A DNA stretch of 45,803 bases from Dimargaris cristalligena (lineage: Eukaryota). Shown here piece by piece: positions 35,702 through 45,803 of the stretch. The stretch's first letter is position 1. Every line of letters starts with the position of its first letter. Below the pieces are notes generated by a model. It made no database searches. It saw only the letters and a list, made by a program, of their open reading frames with translations, and was not told the origin of the DNA. Where the stretch lies: NCBI GenBank assembly GCA_003614675.1, contig ML002299.1, positions 1 through 45,803 on the forward strand, in the 5' to 3' direction. The position numbers and the translations under genes were made by a program.

Positions 35702-35862
35702 GAGAGAGAGAGAGAGAGAGGGATCAACACACCCTTTGCGGGAAAAAAAGCGGAGCAAGGGAATGGTTTAGTGGAGAAGATGAGTGGAGTGGACAGGGAA
35801 CAAAGGGCCAACCGCACCAACTGAGGATCACACACACACACACACACTCTCTCTCTCTCTCT
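35702..35862. repeat. (GA)n tract and compound (CA)n(CT)n microsatellite upstream of the RING gene
   Basis: GA run at ~35702-35720; CA then CT run at ~35829-35862. Confidence 0.85.
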
Positions 35863-36370
35863 CCTTCGCCAGCTGAGCATCGGTTTGCCAAGGAAGAGAG
35901 AGCGAGACAACACCACATCCTCCTCCTCCCTCCCCCAGGCACTTTAAATAGCAGTGGAGGGCCTGGCCCCGCAGTGCTCGGCTTTGGTGCCGCATCTGTT
36001 TCTAACTCACATTCTACCCGTTTCTTCTATTTGTATTTCTCTGCTAGTGCTTCTTCATTAAACGACTCCGGATCGCGTATATATATATATATATATATTA
36101 GTTCTTTATTTAAGCAACACTCTATAGCTCTGTATATTAAATTACTATTCCGCACTGTTGTCTGTCGGCGTGTTCCATACTTCCCCGCCACAGCTTCTGG
36201 GTTTTTCTTATTTGCTTCTCCCACGTCGTGGTGCGCCGTGTACCACACAACAACATCCTTCACTAACTGAGAGGCTCTCCTGCGGGTCCTCTACTCCCTC
36301 ACCCTTACTACTACCGACCCGAACCGAGTAGAGCTGAACTGAGCCGAACCAAGTCGTGTTGAGTTGAGCC

Positions 36371-38583
36371 ATGCGCTTCCCCACCCCCACTGCTTCATTC
36401 GGCAGTCGCCTACGGCGGCTACGGCCGGGTAAACCGCCCATTCGGCCAAGGAGCCGCTGCCGGCTGCCCTTTCTTTTCTGCACTATTATTCTAGTCTCTA
36501 CCTTAATGCTCTTCCTTTCTCCAGTCCGGGCCAGCTCCGTTGAAGTCATCATTAAGGCCGATATCGTTATTTCGGCCATCGACTCCCACCGCATTGCCCG
36601 CAATGTCACCACCATTGAACTAGGCCGGAATGTGGAGGGCGACCTACCCAGCAAGAGTTCGGCCGCCGGTACATCCTTCGAGGTGGGTAAACCCTAGTTA
36701 AGCTGCACTTTTTAGTTGGTATACACTGACCCATTCACTTGCGTCCTCGCTTATTTACTTTTACCGCCACCACCAATATCCGACCCCTCTCGCTTCCACT
36801 TACCGAGCCACCTGGAAGCGCGCCACCCCCCCTCTTCCTTAATGATAATGCACACTAATAGATCGCATGCCACAGTTTTCTCTTAAGGGGGTGCGCCAGC
36901 CTATAAAATGGGTCCTTCACCGAATCCACCTATTAATCTGCTGGACTTTTGTCTACTCTATTCGGGTTACCCTGGACTCGCTGCCGCTCACCTCTAGGGT
37001 CTGGTGACGGATTTCCGGGCCATCAACGCGACCTACCCGACCACCCAGCACTCCAACATTTTTCTCCTTAATTTAGACAACCAGACCGACCCTTCCTTGG
37101 ACCTATCGACCAACAACACCGCTCTGGTCATTGTTTATTCGTCCGGCGGCACTTTCAACGGAACATACCTGTCAAGGCTCACCAATTCCGTGGCTTTGGC
37201 CACCACGTGGACCCTTGGGGACTCGTTGTCCTACATTGTGGATGCGCTATATACCATTCCGGGCAACCCCCCGTCCGCGGCGTACTCCTCGAAAAGTCCC
37301 CTCACCCAATGGGCCATCCAGGCCAAAGAGGCCATCAGCAAGGTGCCCGCGTACGACACGGGGTCCTATGAACCGCGGGTGAACCTGCGGGTCGTGGTGC
37401 AGGATATCAACGGAGGTTCGGACGACAGCAGCGGTTCGAATTCCGCCACTATTATTGCCGCGTCGGTGGGTAGCGTCGTTGGTTTATTAGCCCGTAAGTT
37501 GCACTACTTTACTTTGTTTTTCCCGGGTAACGGGGCTGGAGCGGTCCTGTGGTTGGCCGTTCCACCGTGGCTTCCCACGACGACTGGCCAAGGTAGAGGG
37601 GTTGGTGGACTCGCCCAAGTAATTGGTTTCCGCTGGGCACCCCCGGCTGAGTCACCGCCACCATGTGATGCAGACGGGGGTGGGATTGGCTTGAGCGGCA
37701 TATGACCCATTTGGGCCCGTCGCCCTGACCTCGCTATCGCCAGGGGGGAGTAGAGAGGTAGGGGCGGGGGCCGTCCGTGCACGCCTGATAAATTGGCTAC
37801 GGGAAGAAGGTGCCTATATCCATCCCTTCTCTGTTATTGGACTAATGGTGGAGGATGTACCCCACTCCATCAACTCTATCGGACGAGGAGGGGAGAGGAT
37901 GTACATGGCGGTCCTCAATGGCCCGGAGTGTAGGGAGGAGTACAGTCAGGGTATGCGGGTAGCAGCAGTCTACAAGGAAGTGGAGCCTATCCTATTTTTC
38001 GGATAGATCCGGAAGGAGACTACGGTAACCTTCTATATCGACCGATTCCGGATTATCCGTATTATACTTCTCACCCCCTTTCTCAAATAATGAGGGTCCC
38101 ATCCGTCTAATTTCGAGGAGAAGGTGTAGTAGGATTAGAGGGGTCCTGGCTATCTTCTCATGTAGTCCTCTGGGGTTGACCTGGAACGTTGCTTAAGTTT
38201 CCTGAGGAACTTACCTGGCTATGAGTAACAAACAACCCGCTGCCCTCTGTTCTGTTCGACCCTGGGCCCAACTGCACTTCCTACCCTCTCCCCCCCGTCC
38301 TTTCGAAACTCCTTGCCAATTCTGCTGGCGGATTCGAATATTATTGTTTGACCTGCTGGGTACACTATATCGGGTATAGTTGGTGGTATATCCATGGAAA
38401 TACCCGGATATACTGTACCCCCGGTTTCCGCCTCATCGCTCACTCCCCAACTCTTGTGCCCACCCATGCGCCAATCCCCTCTGGCTCACTTTCCCACCTA
38501 TTCATTCGGCCCCTGTGTTTGGCCGATCCCCAGTGTCCCTGCACTATCTACCCCTCTGACCATCCTTCCTCCACCTAATTTAC

Positions 38584-38621
<38 letters not shown>

Positions 38622-39957
38622 CACATACGTAGTCATCATCTGCGGTTTCTGCTACCGCTCCTACCGCGGTCAAACCCGCGCCCGCCAGGCCGTGCCAAGT
38701 CCGGCCCAGCGGCAAGTTCACCGCCAGGTTCGCCGGGACGAAGCCATCGCATCCTTTGGAACCGCCATGAACATGCCTGAAGTCCCCCCGATTAGTAAGG
38801 CGCAGCTCGACGGCATGAAATGTTACGACGTTTCCAAGGAAAACCGGGGCAAACTCCTCAAAATCTGGCGTCAGTCTGTCATGCACATCGTGAACACCAA
38901 TCCCGTTGATACCGGCCCCGTCGGTGGGGGCGGGTCCATTTATTCCCGTCTGGCCCTCCATCGGATGAACGCCACCATGGATGAAACTAAAGGGGGGAGC
39001 GGTCTGCGCGGTGGTGGTTTAGGCGGCGGCGACGCCGATTTCGACGGGCCCCCGAACTCTAGCATCGCATCGATGCCCGGAGTCGTACCCAAACACCAAT
39101 TCGATTTCATTGATGCCACCACTTCCACCCCTACCCAAGTGGGTCGCGGCAACGGGAACGGGAGTGGGCGCCTATTCCCGTCGGCCCTGAAAAAATCAAT
39201 GCTCGGAGGAGGCACCACCGCCCCCACATCATCCTTCCGCTCCATGTTTGATATGGGCAGTCGAGGGAACCGGTCCCGGCAGGGATCCAACGCCGCCGCC
39301 GGTGCACACCACGTTTCGATCGCGGTTGATTCAACCGAGTCCCGGGGTCGGTCGGGTTCGGCGGGGACTGGGGGTGCCATGGGCGTTGCTGCTAACAACC
39401 ACTCCCGCCACCATCATCACGGGCAGGGCGATGAGTCAACGAGTGTGTTGATCCCCACCAATCCCCAGGTCAGTTTCCTAGCCCGCCTAGCTTCCCCCCT
39501 TCGTTCGGCCGCCGCTACCAACGACACTGCCATGTCCGTCGACTTCCCTCTCTGCACCATCTGTCTCGATGATTTTGCCCTCGGGGACCGCATTCGCCAG
39601 CTCTACTGCCGCCATGTATTCCATCGGGAATGTATTGATGAATGGCTACTCACTAAATGTGGTCTCTGTCCGATTTGTAAGCACCATTGCGTTAAAAAAG
39701 TGGAACGGGGTCGGGGCAAGCTTACCCGCACGAATCCTCCAGTCTCAACAATGCCAACAACTACACCTATAACAATAACGACCGTGACAGCTACAACGAC
39801 CGCGACAACGACGACAGCTGCTTCGGATAGCGATTCGCACACCCCCCTAACGTCTAGAACGGCCCCACCTGTGATAATAAGTGAGATTAGCAATGGCGAT
39901 AATGGGGATAGTGGCGACGAAATTACCACCAATGTTCTAGATCGAGACCCGAAATAA
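36371..39957 (+). CDS. Type I membrane RING-H2 E3 ubiquitin ligase (RNF13/GRAIL/RMR-like architecture)
   Basis: Exons 36371-36682, 36998-37493, 38633-39957 join in frame. N-terminal hydrophobic signal and a lumenal domain with N-glycosylation sequons. TM IIAASVGSVVGLLA|LIICGFCY spans intron 2. RING-H2 CTICLDDF..GDRIRQLYCRHVFHRECIDEWL...CPIC. Confidence 0.88.
38587..38614. repeat. (TA)14 microsatellite at the 3' end of RING gene intron 2
   Basis: Direct reading; ends ~18 nt before the acceptor AG at 38631-38632. Confidence 0.9.
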
Positions 39958-40914
39958 GGTTGGTTGCCTGAGTACCTCCTCCCCCCCCCCATTATCAATT
40001 CGGCACCCACTCTTGGAGGTAGCGAGAGCGAATATGGGAAAACAACCCCTAAAACCGGCCTTTATGGGGATCATTGCAGTTCAAAATATATTTGGCAAGG
40101 CCTAGTCTGGTCACTGCTTCAATTAATCCCTCTCCTCCCTCCGCCCGCATCCATTATTGATTTTGCACCTTCTCTCTCATCATCGACCTGTATGTATATA
40201 TATATATATATTATTTAATGTTAAGTCTTTCGGTGGGGTTGGGAATTGCTTTTATTTATTTATCATTCCACTTTTCCTTTTAATCCCCACCGTTCCCCTC
40301 CCTCCCTCTTATCACCTGCTTATCCGAACATTTATTGATCAGTGCTCCACTAGGTTAGAGATCTTCCACATATCACATTTCCCTGTTTGATATAATTTAC
40401 TGTATTAGCTAGAACCTCATAAATCATTAATTTTATACATCTTAAAATCTCGGAGCATATCCGGATCATCCGCATTTCCTTATATTTCTATGCCATTTTT
40501 ATCAGTATTCCTGGAAGGCCAGATCTACTACGTGGAGAGTTGTGGAGGAAAGTCGGGCATTGCAACTACCTGCCAGAGGGGATTAGACAGGCGTTGGATT
40601 ATTTCTGGAACGCAAGTTCGTCGGGCTATAAACATTACCCCTATCTGGTATAATGGTACCGCAAAAACTAATGCAGTCCCAAGCCATGCACCGTACGTAA
40701 ATATAATGTTTTTGTATATTTATTTTTAGAGTCGCTAAACATAACTAAATCTCAGTGAAAACAAGACTTTTGGGTTTAATAGCAACCCTCCACCCTTCCC
40801 CACCTTTCCACGCACGTAGACATCATCGACCCTGATTTGATGGAAGGGAGGGGGAGAACGAGGGGGGTGTACCGCGGGGGAGGGTTTAATTTCTTAAAAT
40901 TAGGAATCCATAAT

Positions 40915-42039
40915 CTACTCGGTAATTTCGTAAGGATCCTTACGGACAACCTTGGCAATGACTTCGGAAGCGTATTCGACGTTAGCCTCGGGGATGAAGG
41001 TGGGGAAGGGCGGGGGGCCGGCCTCTTTAGGGAATTTACGGCCGCCGTATTTACGGACCGAATCCCGGATACGCAGGTAGCCCTTATCGGGGCCAGGCAC
41101 GGAACCGGCGACCCAGATGCAGTTGAGGTCACGGTCGATTTTCATGACCCGCAGGTTCTGGACGGTTTTACGTTCCCCGCCCATATTCCCCGCCATTTTC
41201 TTACCCTTGAACACTTTACCAGGGGCCGACCGCTGACCCGTGGAACCACCGCCACGGTGGAAGAGGGACGAACCGTGCGACGCGGGTCCACCTTTGAAGC
41301 CCCAGCGTTTCATTACGCCTTGGAAGCCTTTGCCGCGGGAAGTGCCCGTGACATCAACGAATTGGCCTGGCACGAAATGGGAAGCGGTCAAAGTAGTTCC
41401 AACGGGTAGGAGAGCATCCGAAGAGACGGAAAACTCAAACAGTTTGGCCTTGGGGGTAACCCCGGCCGAGGCGAAGTGGCCCAGCAGCGGACGGGTCACG
41501 CGCGCGGGGTTGCCCACGTCGCCGTACCCCACTTGCAGGCGGTAGGGCGCCCGCGGGTGGGTCGGGGGGATCAGGTGGGTGACTTGGACGTCCTCGAATT
41601 GCAAAATGGTAATGGGGATACGTACACCCCATTCGTTCCACATGGCGGTCATGCCCAGTTTGGTGGCCACTAAACCACACCGGATAGACTCGGGGGTCCA
41701 CTCAGCGGTTTCGAGTTCGAGGGGAGCGGCTAATTTGGCCACCTGGGCGGACCGTTGGGCCGGATCCACGGGATCTTCCGGGGTCAGGGGGTTGGGCTGA
41801 TAGGCAAACTTGGACGAGCGGCGACCGGGGCTGATAGGAGACGGGGCCGAAGAGGCACCTCCTCCTTCTACTACCTCTTGGCTATCGGTGGCCGTGGTGG
41901 CGATTCTCCGGTAAGCTAGAGGACCAATGGCAGACAGCGAAGCGAAGGTGGTTGTGGTGCTGGTCGCATGGGGGTATAGCCGCGGACGGAGGCTACCCCA
42001 GAGACCGGCGGATAGGCTACGGAGGGAGAAGACCGACAT
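40915..42039 (-). CDS. MRPL9: Mitochondrial ribosomal protein uL3m (yeast MrpL9 / human MRPL3)
   Basis: Likely start MSVFSLRS with a transit peptide. L3 motifs R.GLVATKLGMT, FVPGQFVDVTGTSRGKGFQGVMKRWGFKGGPASHG, PGKVFKGKKMAGNMG, VAGSVPG. Intronless. Confidence 0.96.
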   Translation of the reverse strand: MSVFSLRSLSAGLWGSLRPRLYPHATSTTTTFASLSAIGPLAYRRIATTATDSQEVVEGGGASSAPSPISPGRRSSKFAYQPNPLTPEDPVDPAQRSAQVAKLAAPLELETAEWTPESIRCGLVATKLGMTAMWNEWGVRIPITILQFEDVQVTHLIPPTHPRAPYRLQVGYGDVGNPARVTRPLLGHFASAGVTPKAKLFEFSVSSDALLPVGTTLTASHFVPGQFVDVTGTSRGKGFQGVMKRWGFKGGPASHGSSLFHRGGGSTGQRSAPGKVFKGKKMAGNMGGERKTVQNLRVMKIDRDLNCIWVAGSVPGPDKGYLRIRDSVRKYGGRKFPKEAGPPPFPTFIPEANVEYASEVIAKVVRKDPYEITE

Positions 42040-43793
42040 GGTCGTATAAGGAGATCCTTTGATAGGCAAGCAGGTCAGGCAAAAAGTACGGGCTTTCTAT
42101 AGAGAGGGGGGCGGATCAGCCACAAGGGGAAAGGGAAATGCAGGTTGGGAGGAGAAAAGAGAAACTGGGCAGAACACAAACGAAGTGATCGGATAGTGAA
42201 ATTCAATATTCTGCACAGACACAGACGACGACTGATCTAGCAATGATGGGACTTAGGAGAGAGCGATCTATTCTATTCGCTCACGCATACAATTAGGAGG
42301 GGAATTGGCTGCCTACAGTCAACCAAGCTAGTCTGAGCGCTGGGGGATATGGCTCGTTTAGGAGATCGCTGAGCCTAGTTGCACTCTCTCCACCAGAAAA
42401 ACATGAGCTTTCTCTCGTACCTAAATTAGCCCCTAATTGCCGTTAAACAGGTCCGATTTCACAAATCTATAGGGAAAGTTAGCGGCCAGACCCAACTGGC
42501 TAAAAGTGGTGATACAGCGCCTACATCTAAAAGCAGTCTACTATTCTTTACTGCCGCCTCCTGGCATATTCCCCGGGGTATCTCTCGATACAACAAGATC
42601 CATTGTCCTGTAGCATTAGGTGGGGAGAGAGTGTGGCATTGGCAGGGAAAATAGTCCGTGGAGGTTTAATGACCGACCAGGTAAACATAAGCGCAAGGCA
42701 AGTCACCCCGCTATATCTCCCTGTCGGCTAGTTCAACTGGTATGGATATGGTGGCGCTTAGGTCCTGTATGTACTCTATTTATAACCCAACACCCTCTCT
42801 CTCTATTTCGAGGACCTTTGACTATTTGGGCAATGCCACGCCGGTAATAGAATTAGGCAATTCGGGGGAAAATACGCCTTTCGCTTTAAACCCGCTGCTG
42901 GGCCGTGGTTGGTGGATAATAAAGTCGACCACGAGGTGTGGAGAGTGCGGGTGGGAGGGGGCTGGTATTCGCGTTTGTCCCCTTCCCTTTATACCTCTTG
43001 GTGCCTTCCAGCAAGGGTAAGCGTCGGGGCAGTGAAGTAGGTGGGGTATAAAATAGACCGGGGCAGAGCCACGTTGGCGGTACCGTAGAGGGCCAAAGAG
43101 GAAGGGAAGTAGGGTAGGACAGGCAACTAATCTCTGAAGATTAAATTAAAAGCACTTGGCGAGGTGTCTATTAGGCATTGCCTTTTTATATAAACCACAG
43201 TCAGCCCGGCTGCATTCTCTCTTCTCTGGCCTCCCTAAACCTTCCCCCTGCTTTATGCCTATTGTTCGTCTAGTGTATCGTTTTAAATTTATTATCATTA
43301 TAGATTGGCTATTGCAGCTGTCATATCCGTTCCTGGTGGAAAGTAGCATTTTCCCTCACCTTCTCATTAATATTAGAGGTTGAACTAACTCTTGGGTTAA
43401 CTAAAAGCAATTAAACTTTAGACGAATTACCTATTTTTGGTATGAGCTTTGACGATTAGTTTGGGATGCCCTTTGGCCTATATTTATATATGTAACTCTG
43501 TCCCTTCCGCCGCCGTGATCAGAGGGGTTTTTGTAATAACACCTATCCATACACACTGGCACTGTACCTCGGATATTTGGCGGTTATTTATTCTCCCCCT
43601 TCGGCCCACTGGTTGCTGCTGCTCAACCCTCTCCCCCTTCGTTTATTCGCCCTCGCTATATTTCGCTGGTGTCGGACGCCCATCACACCGACCTCTACTG
43701 CCATTTGCTTTTCGGCCCTCCAGTCAAGCGCGTTCATTCGAATCCCAGTTCTCCCCCCCCCCTCGTCGTTTACTTCTGAGCCCATTCCCCAAC

Positions 43794-44865
43794 ATGAGCT
43801 TTGTTGCTGAAAAACACCCCGCCGGCGGAATGCCAACCCCCCTACCGCCGCCGCCCGGCAATCCCGAAGACCCGCTCAAGAAACCACGCAAGTACTTGCG
43901 CCGACGCCGTTGCTGCTGCCTCTCCTGCTGCGGGTGCTGTATCTTGATTACGGTCATCACGCTACTCGTCGTTGCCGCCGCGTTGCTGATTTTCTTCCTG
44001 GTGGCCCGTAAACCGGAAATCAAGCTACTGGGAGTCGAAGCTCCTTCGGATGGCCTACCGCGTTTCGCCCAGGCGGACGGTGGGTTCGTGATGAACATGA
44101 ACCTGCTCTTTAATGTGAATAACCCGAATTACATTGGGGCGGACCTGGAAAGCATCGACGGCGTGGTAGGTTTAATGTGAATGTTAATAGTATTGGTATT
44201 GGTATTGGTCCAGTGGTGTTGGTGGATAATAAGGAGGCGTATAAGTCAGGCTCGAATGCGCGCTTATAGAGACATCGCCTCCCCCTGTTTTTCCACCTAC
44301 CTCTACCCTAGTCTTATTGGTATGGTCATATAGATAGGGAGATGCAGCATGTGTACCCAACCCGCTTGTGCGAGTCGTACTATTACCGCCTTATCCAATG
44401 GATATTCTATTCATCTTTTACCCTCCATATCGATGTAACCTTCCCCCATCTCACCCACCCCTTGTAATTTCTCCCGTTCCCTGTTGTGTATCACCATGCC
44501 TTCCATAGGGATATTGGCCTACGCTCCCGGACATTCCGTTCGGTAACGGCACTTTAAAAGATCTGAGGATCCCCAGCCGGTCCAACACGACCTTCCTTTT
44601 CCCTGTGACGGTGCGCTACGATACCACCAAAGACCCCCAGCTCATCATTCCCCAGGAACTGGCCCAGAAGTGCGGCTTCACAGGGAAAAAGGAGCAGCTT
44701 AAGATTAACTACAGCGTCACCGTCAAGGTCCGGGTCCTCGCCGTCGTTACGGTGACCCCGAGCTTCGACGATTCCGCCTCCTTCGACTGTCCTGTACCCG
44801 ATTTGAGCTCCCTCTTGTCGACAGGTCTTGGCACTCTAGTGGGGACATTGAGCGCAATCCTTTAG
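43794..44865 (+). CDS. Single-pass membrane protein with juxtamembrane Cys cluster and LEA_2-like (NDR1/HIN1-like) beta domain
   Basis: Exons 43794-44165 and 44509-44865 (GTAGGT...CATAG, in frame). Pro-rich N-terminus, RRRRCCCLSCCGCC, TM helix, P.I, VNNPNYIG, PFGNG, IPSRSNTTF.FPVTVRY, conserved-looking Cys (KCG...FDCP). Confidence 0.8.
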
Positions 44866-45803
44866 TATCCCCCAGTTAAGGTGGGGGCCTCGTTAGCAAG
44901 AAAAGCTCATCCATTTATTATAGTTTGCTGTCGATGGCTATTTGCTTTGATTAGTGCACATCTTCTTTTTCTTTTGGCGGATATTTCTTAAGCACTGGTC
45001 GCAATTTACCCTACCGGCCCTCACCACTTTTATATCTCTCATGATTGGTTTTTAAGTCTCCCCTAATTTGGTATTAACACCTCCTCCCCCCACCATATGG
45101 GGATTATCTCGGAGTAGTCAACTAGCATTATAACTTGGTATTTAATAACACTTAGTATTTTCCGCAGACTTGGTTGTTGCTGATTATTTTTTTGGTGAAG
45201 TATTTCTGACACAAATCCTTGGACATGTGATATAGGGATGGCGAGGCTATGGTTGTTGTTGTTGGGATTTCCTACGGAAGCTGGGGGCAGTCAAACCCCA
45301 GCGGCCCGTTGATTACCATTAATCGACCGGCACCGTCTACATTGAACTCACCCTTTTATAAGGCATTCGCTACTCCGTTTTTTGTGTGGCTTCCAAGTGA
45401 TATGTTGGAATATTCTCGATATATTGCAATCACCCAGTCTTTTGATATGACACTATCCCGGTATATAAATAAATCTATTAAATTTTATAGTATACCTAGC
45501 GCTGGTCAATTAAGGTGGGCTGGGCAGATTGCCAGCCCCGTCCAAAGTAAGTCCATCCACCCCAGAAGGCCCTTTGTGAATGCAACCCCGTCATGCACCA
45601 TGTCCATCTATCTGCACACCCACATTTTTAATATTTAGTACCGACACTGGTTCGCCCTTTAAGGCAAGTTATCTGGAACATATCAACGGTATTTACTGAA
45701 TAAGGCCAAGATGCTTAAGATTATTGCACCCATCGTGGTTTGATATATATATGGGTGAAGTTCAGCTTGGCTGTATAAGAGTTTAACTGATATGTGTATG
45801 GGA

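Noticed and set aside
10659-39957. Three ubiquitin-system genes (RCHY1, F-box/LRR, RING-H2) in one window as a functional cluster
   Set aside because: They are widely separated, unrelated in architecture and from very large families; chance is sufficient.

Overview
Eukaryotic, intron-containing fungal genomic DNA. Gene content and style suggest an early-diverging fungus, possibly Zoopagomycota/Kickxellomycotina; this is inference only. About 13 protein-coding genes can be reconstructed with GT-AG introns: NDUFAF7/MidA methyltransferase, a TGFBRAP1/Vps3/Vps39-family tether subunit, an animal-like myosin regulatory light chain with an ATG-only first exon, an RCHY1/Pirh2-like CHY-RING ligase, a block of four intronless secreted genes (one DPBB expansin/loosenin-like and three Cys-poor bacterial-type CAP/SCP proteins), an unrecognised 1655-aa single-exon protein, an F-box/LRR protein, a signal peptide-TM-RING-H2 ligase, mitochondrial uL3m and a Cys-rich TM-LEA_2-like protein. 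The first ~2.2-2.5 kb is a stop-riddled relic almost devoid of CpG, pointing to methylation-driven or RIP-like decay. The most notable features are the secreted expansin/CAP locus, the CpG-erased block and the 1655-aa orphan. No tRNA, rRNA or CRISPR was recognised.
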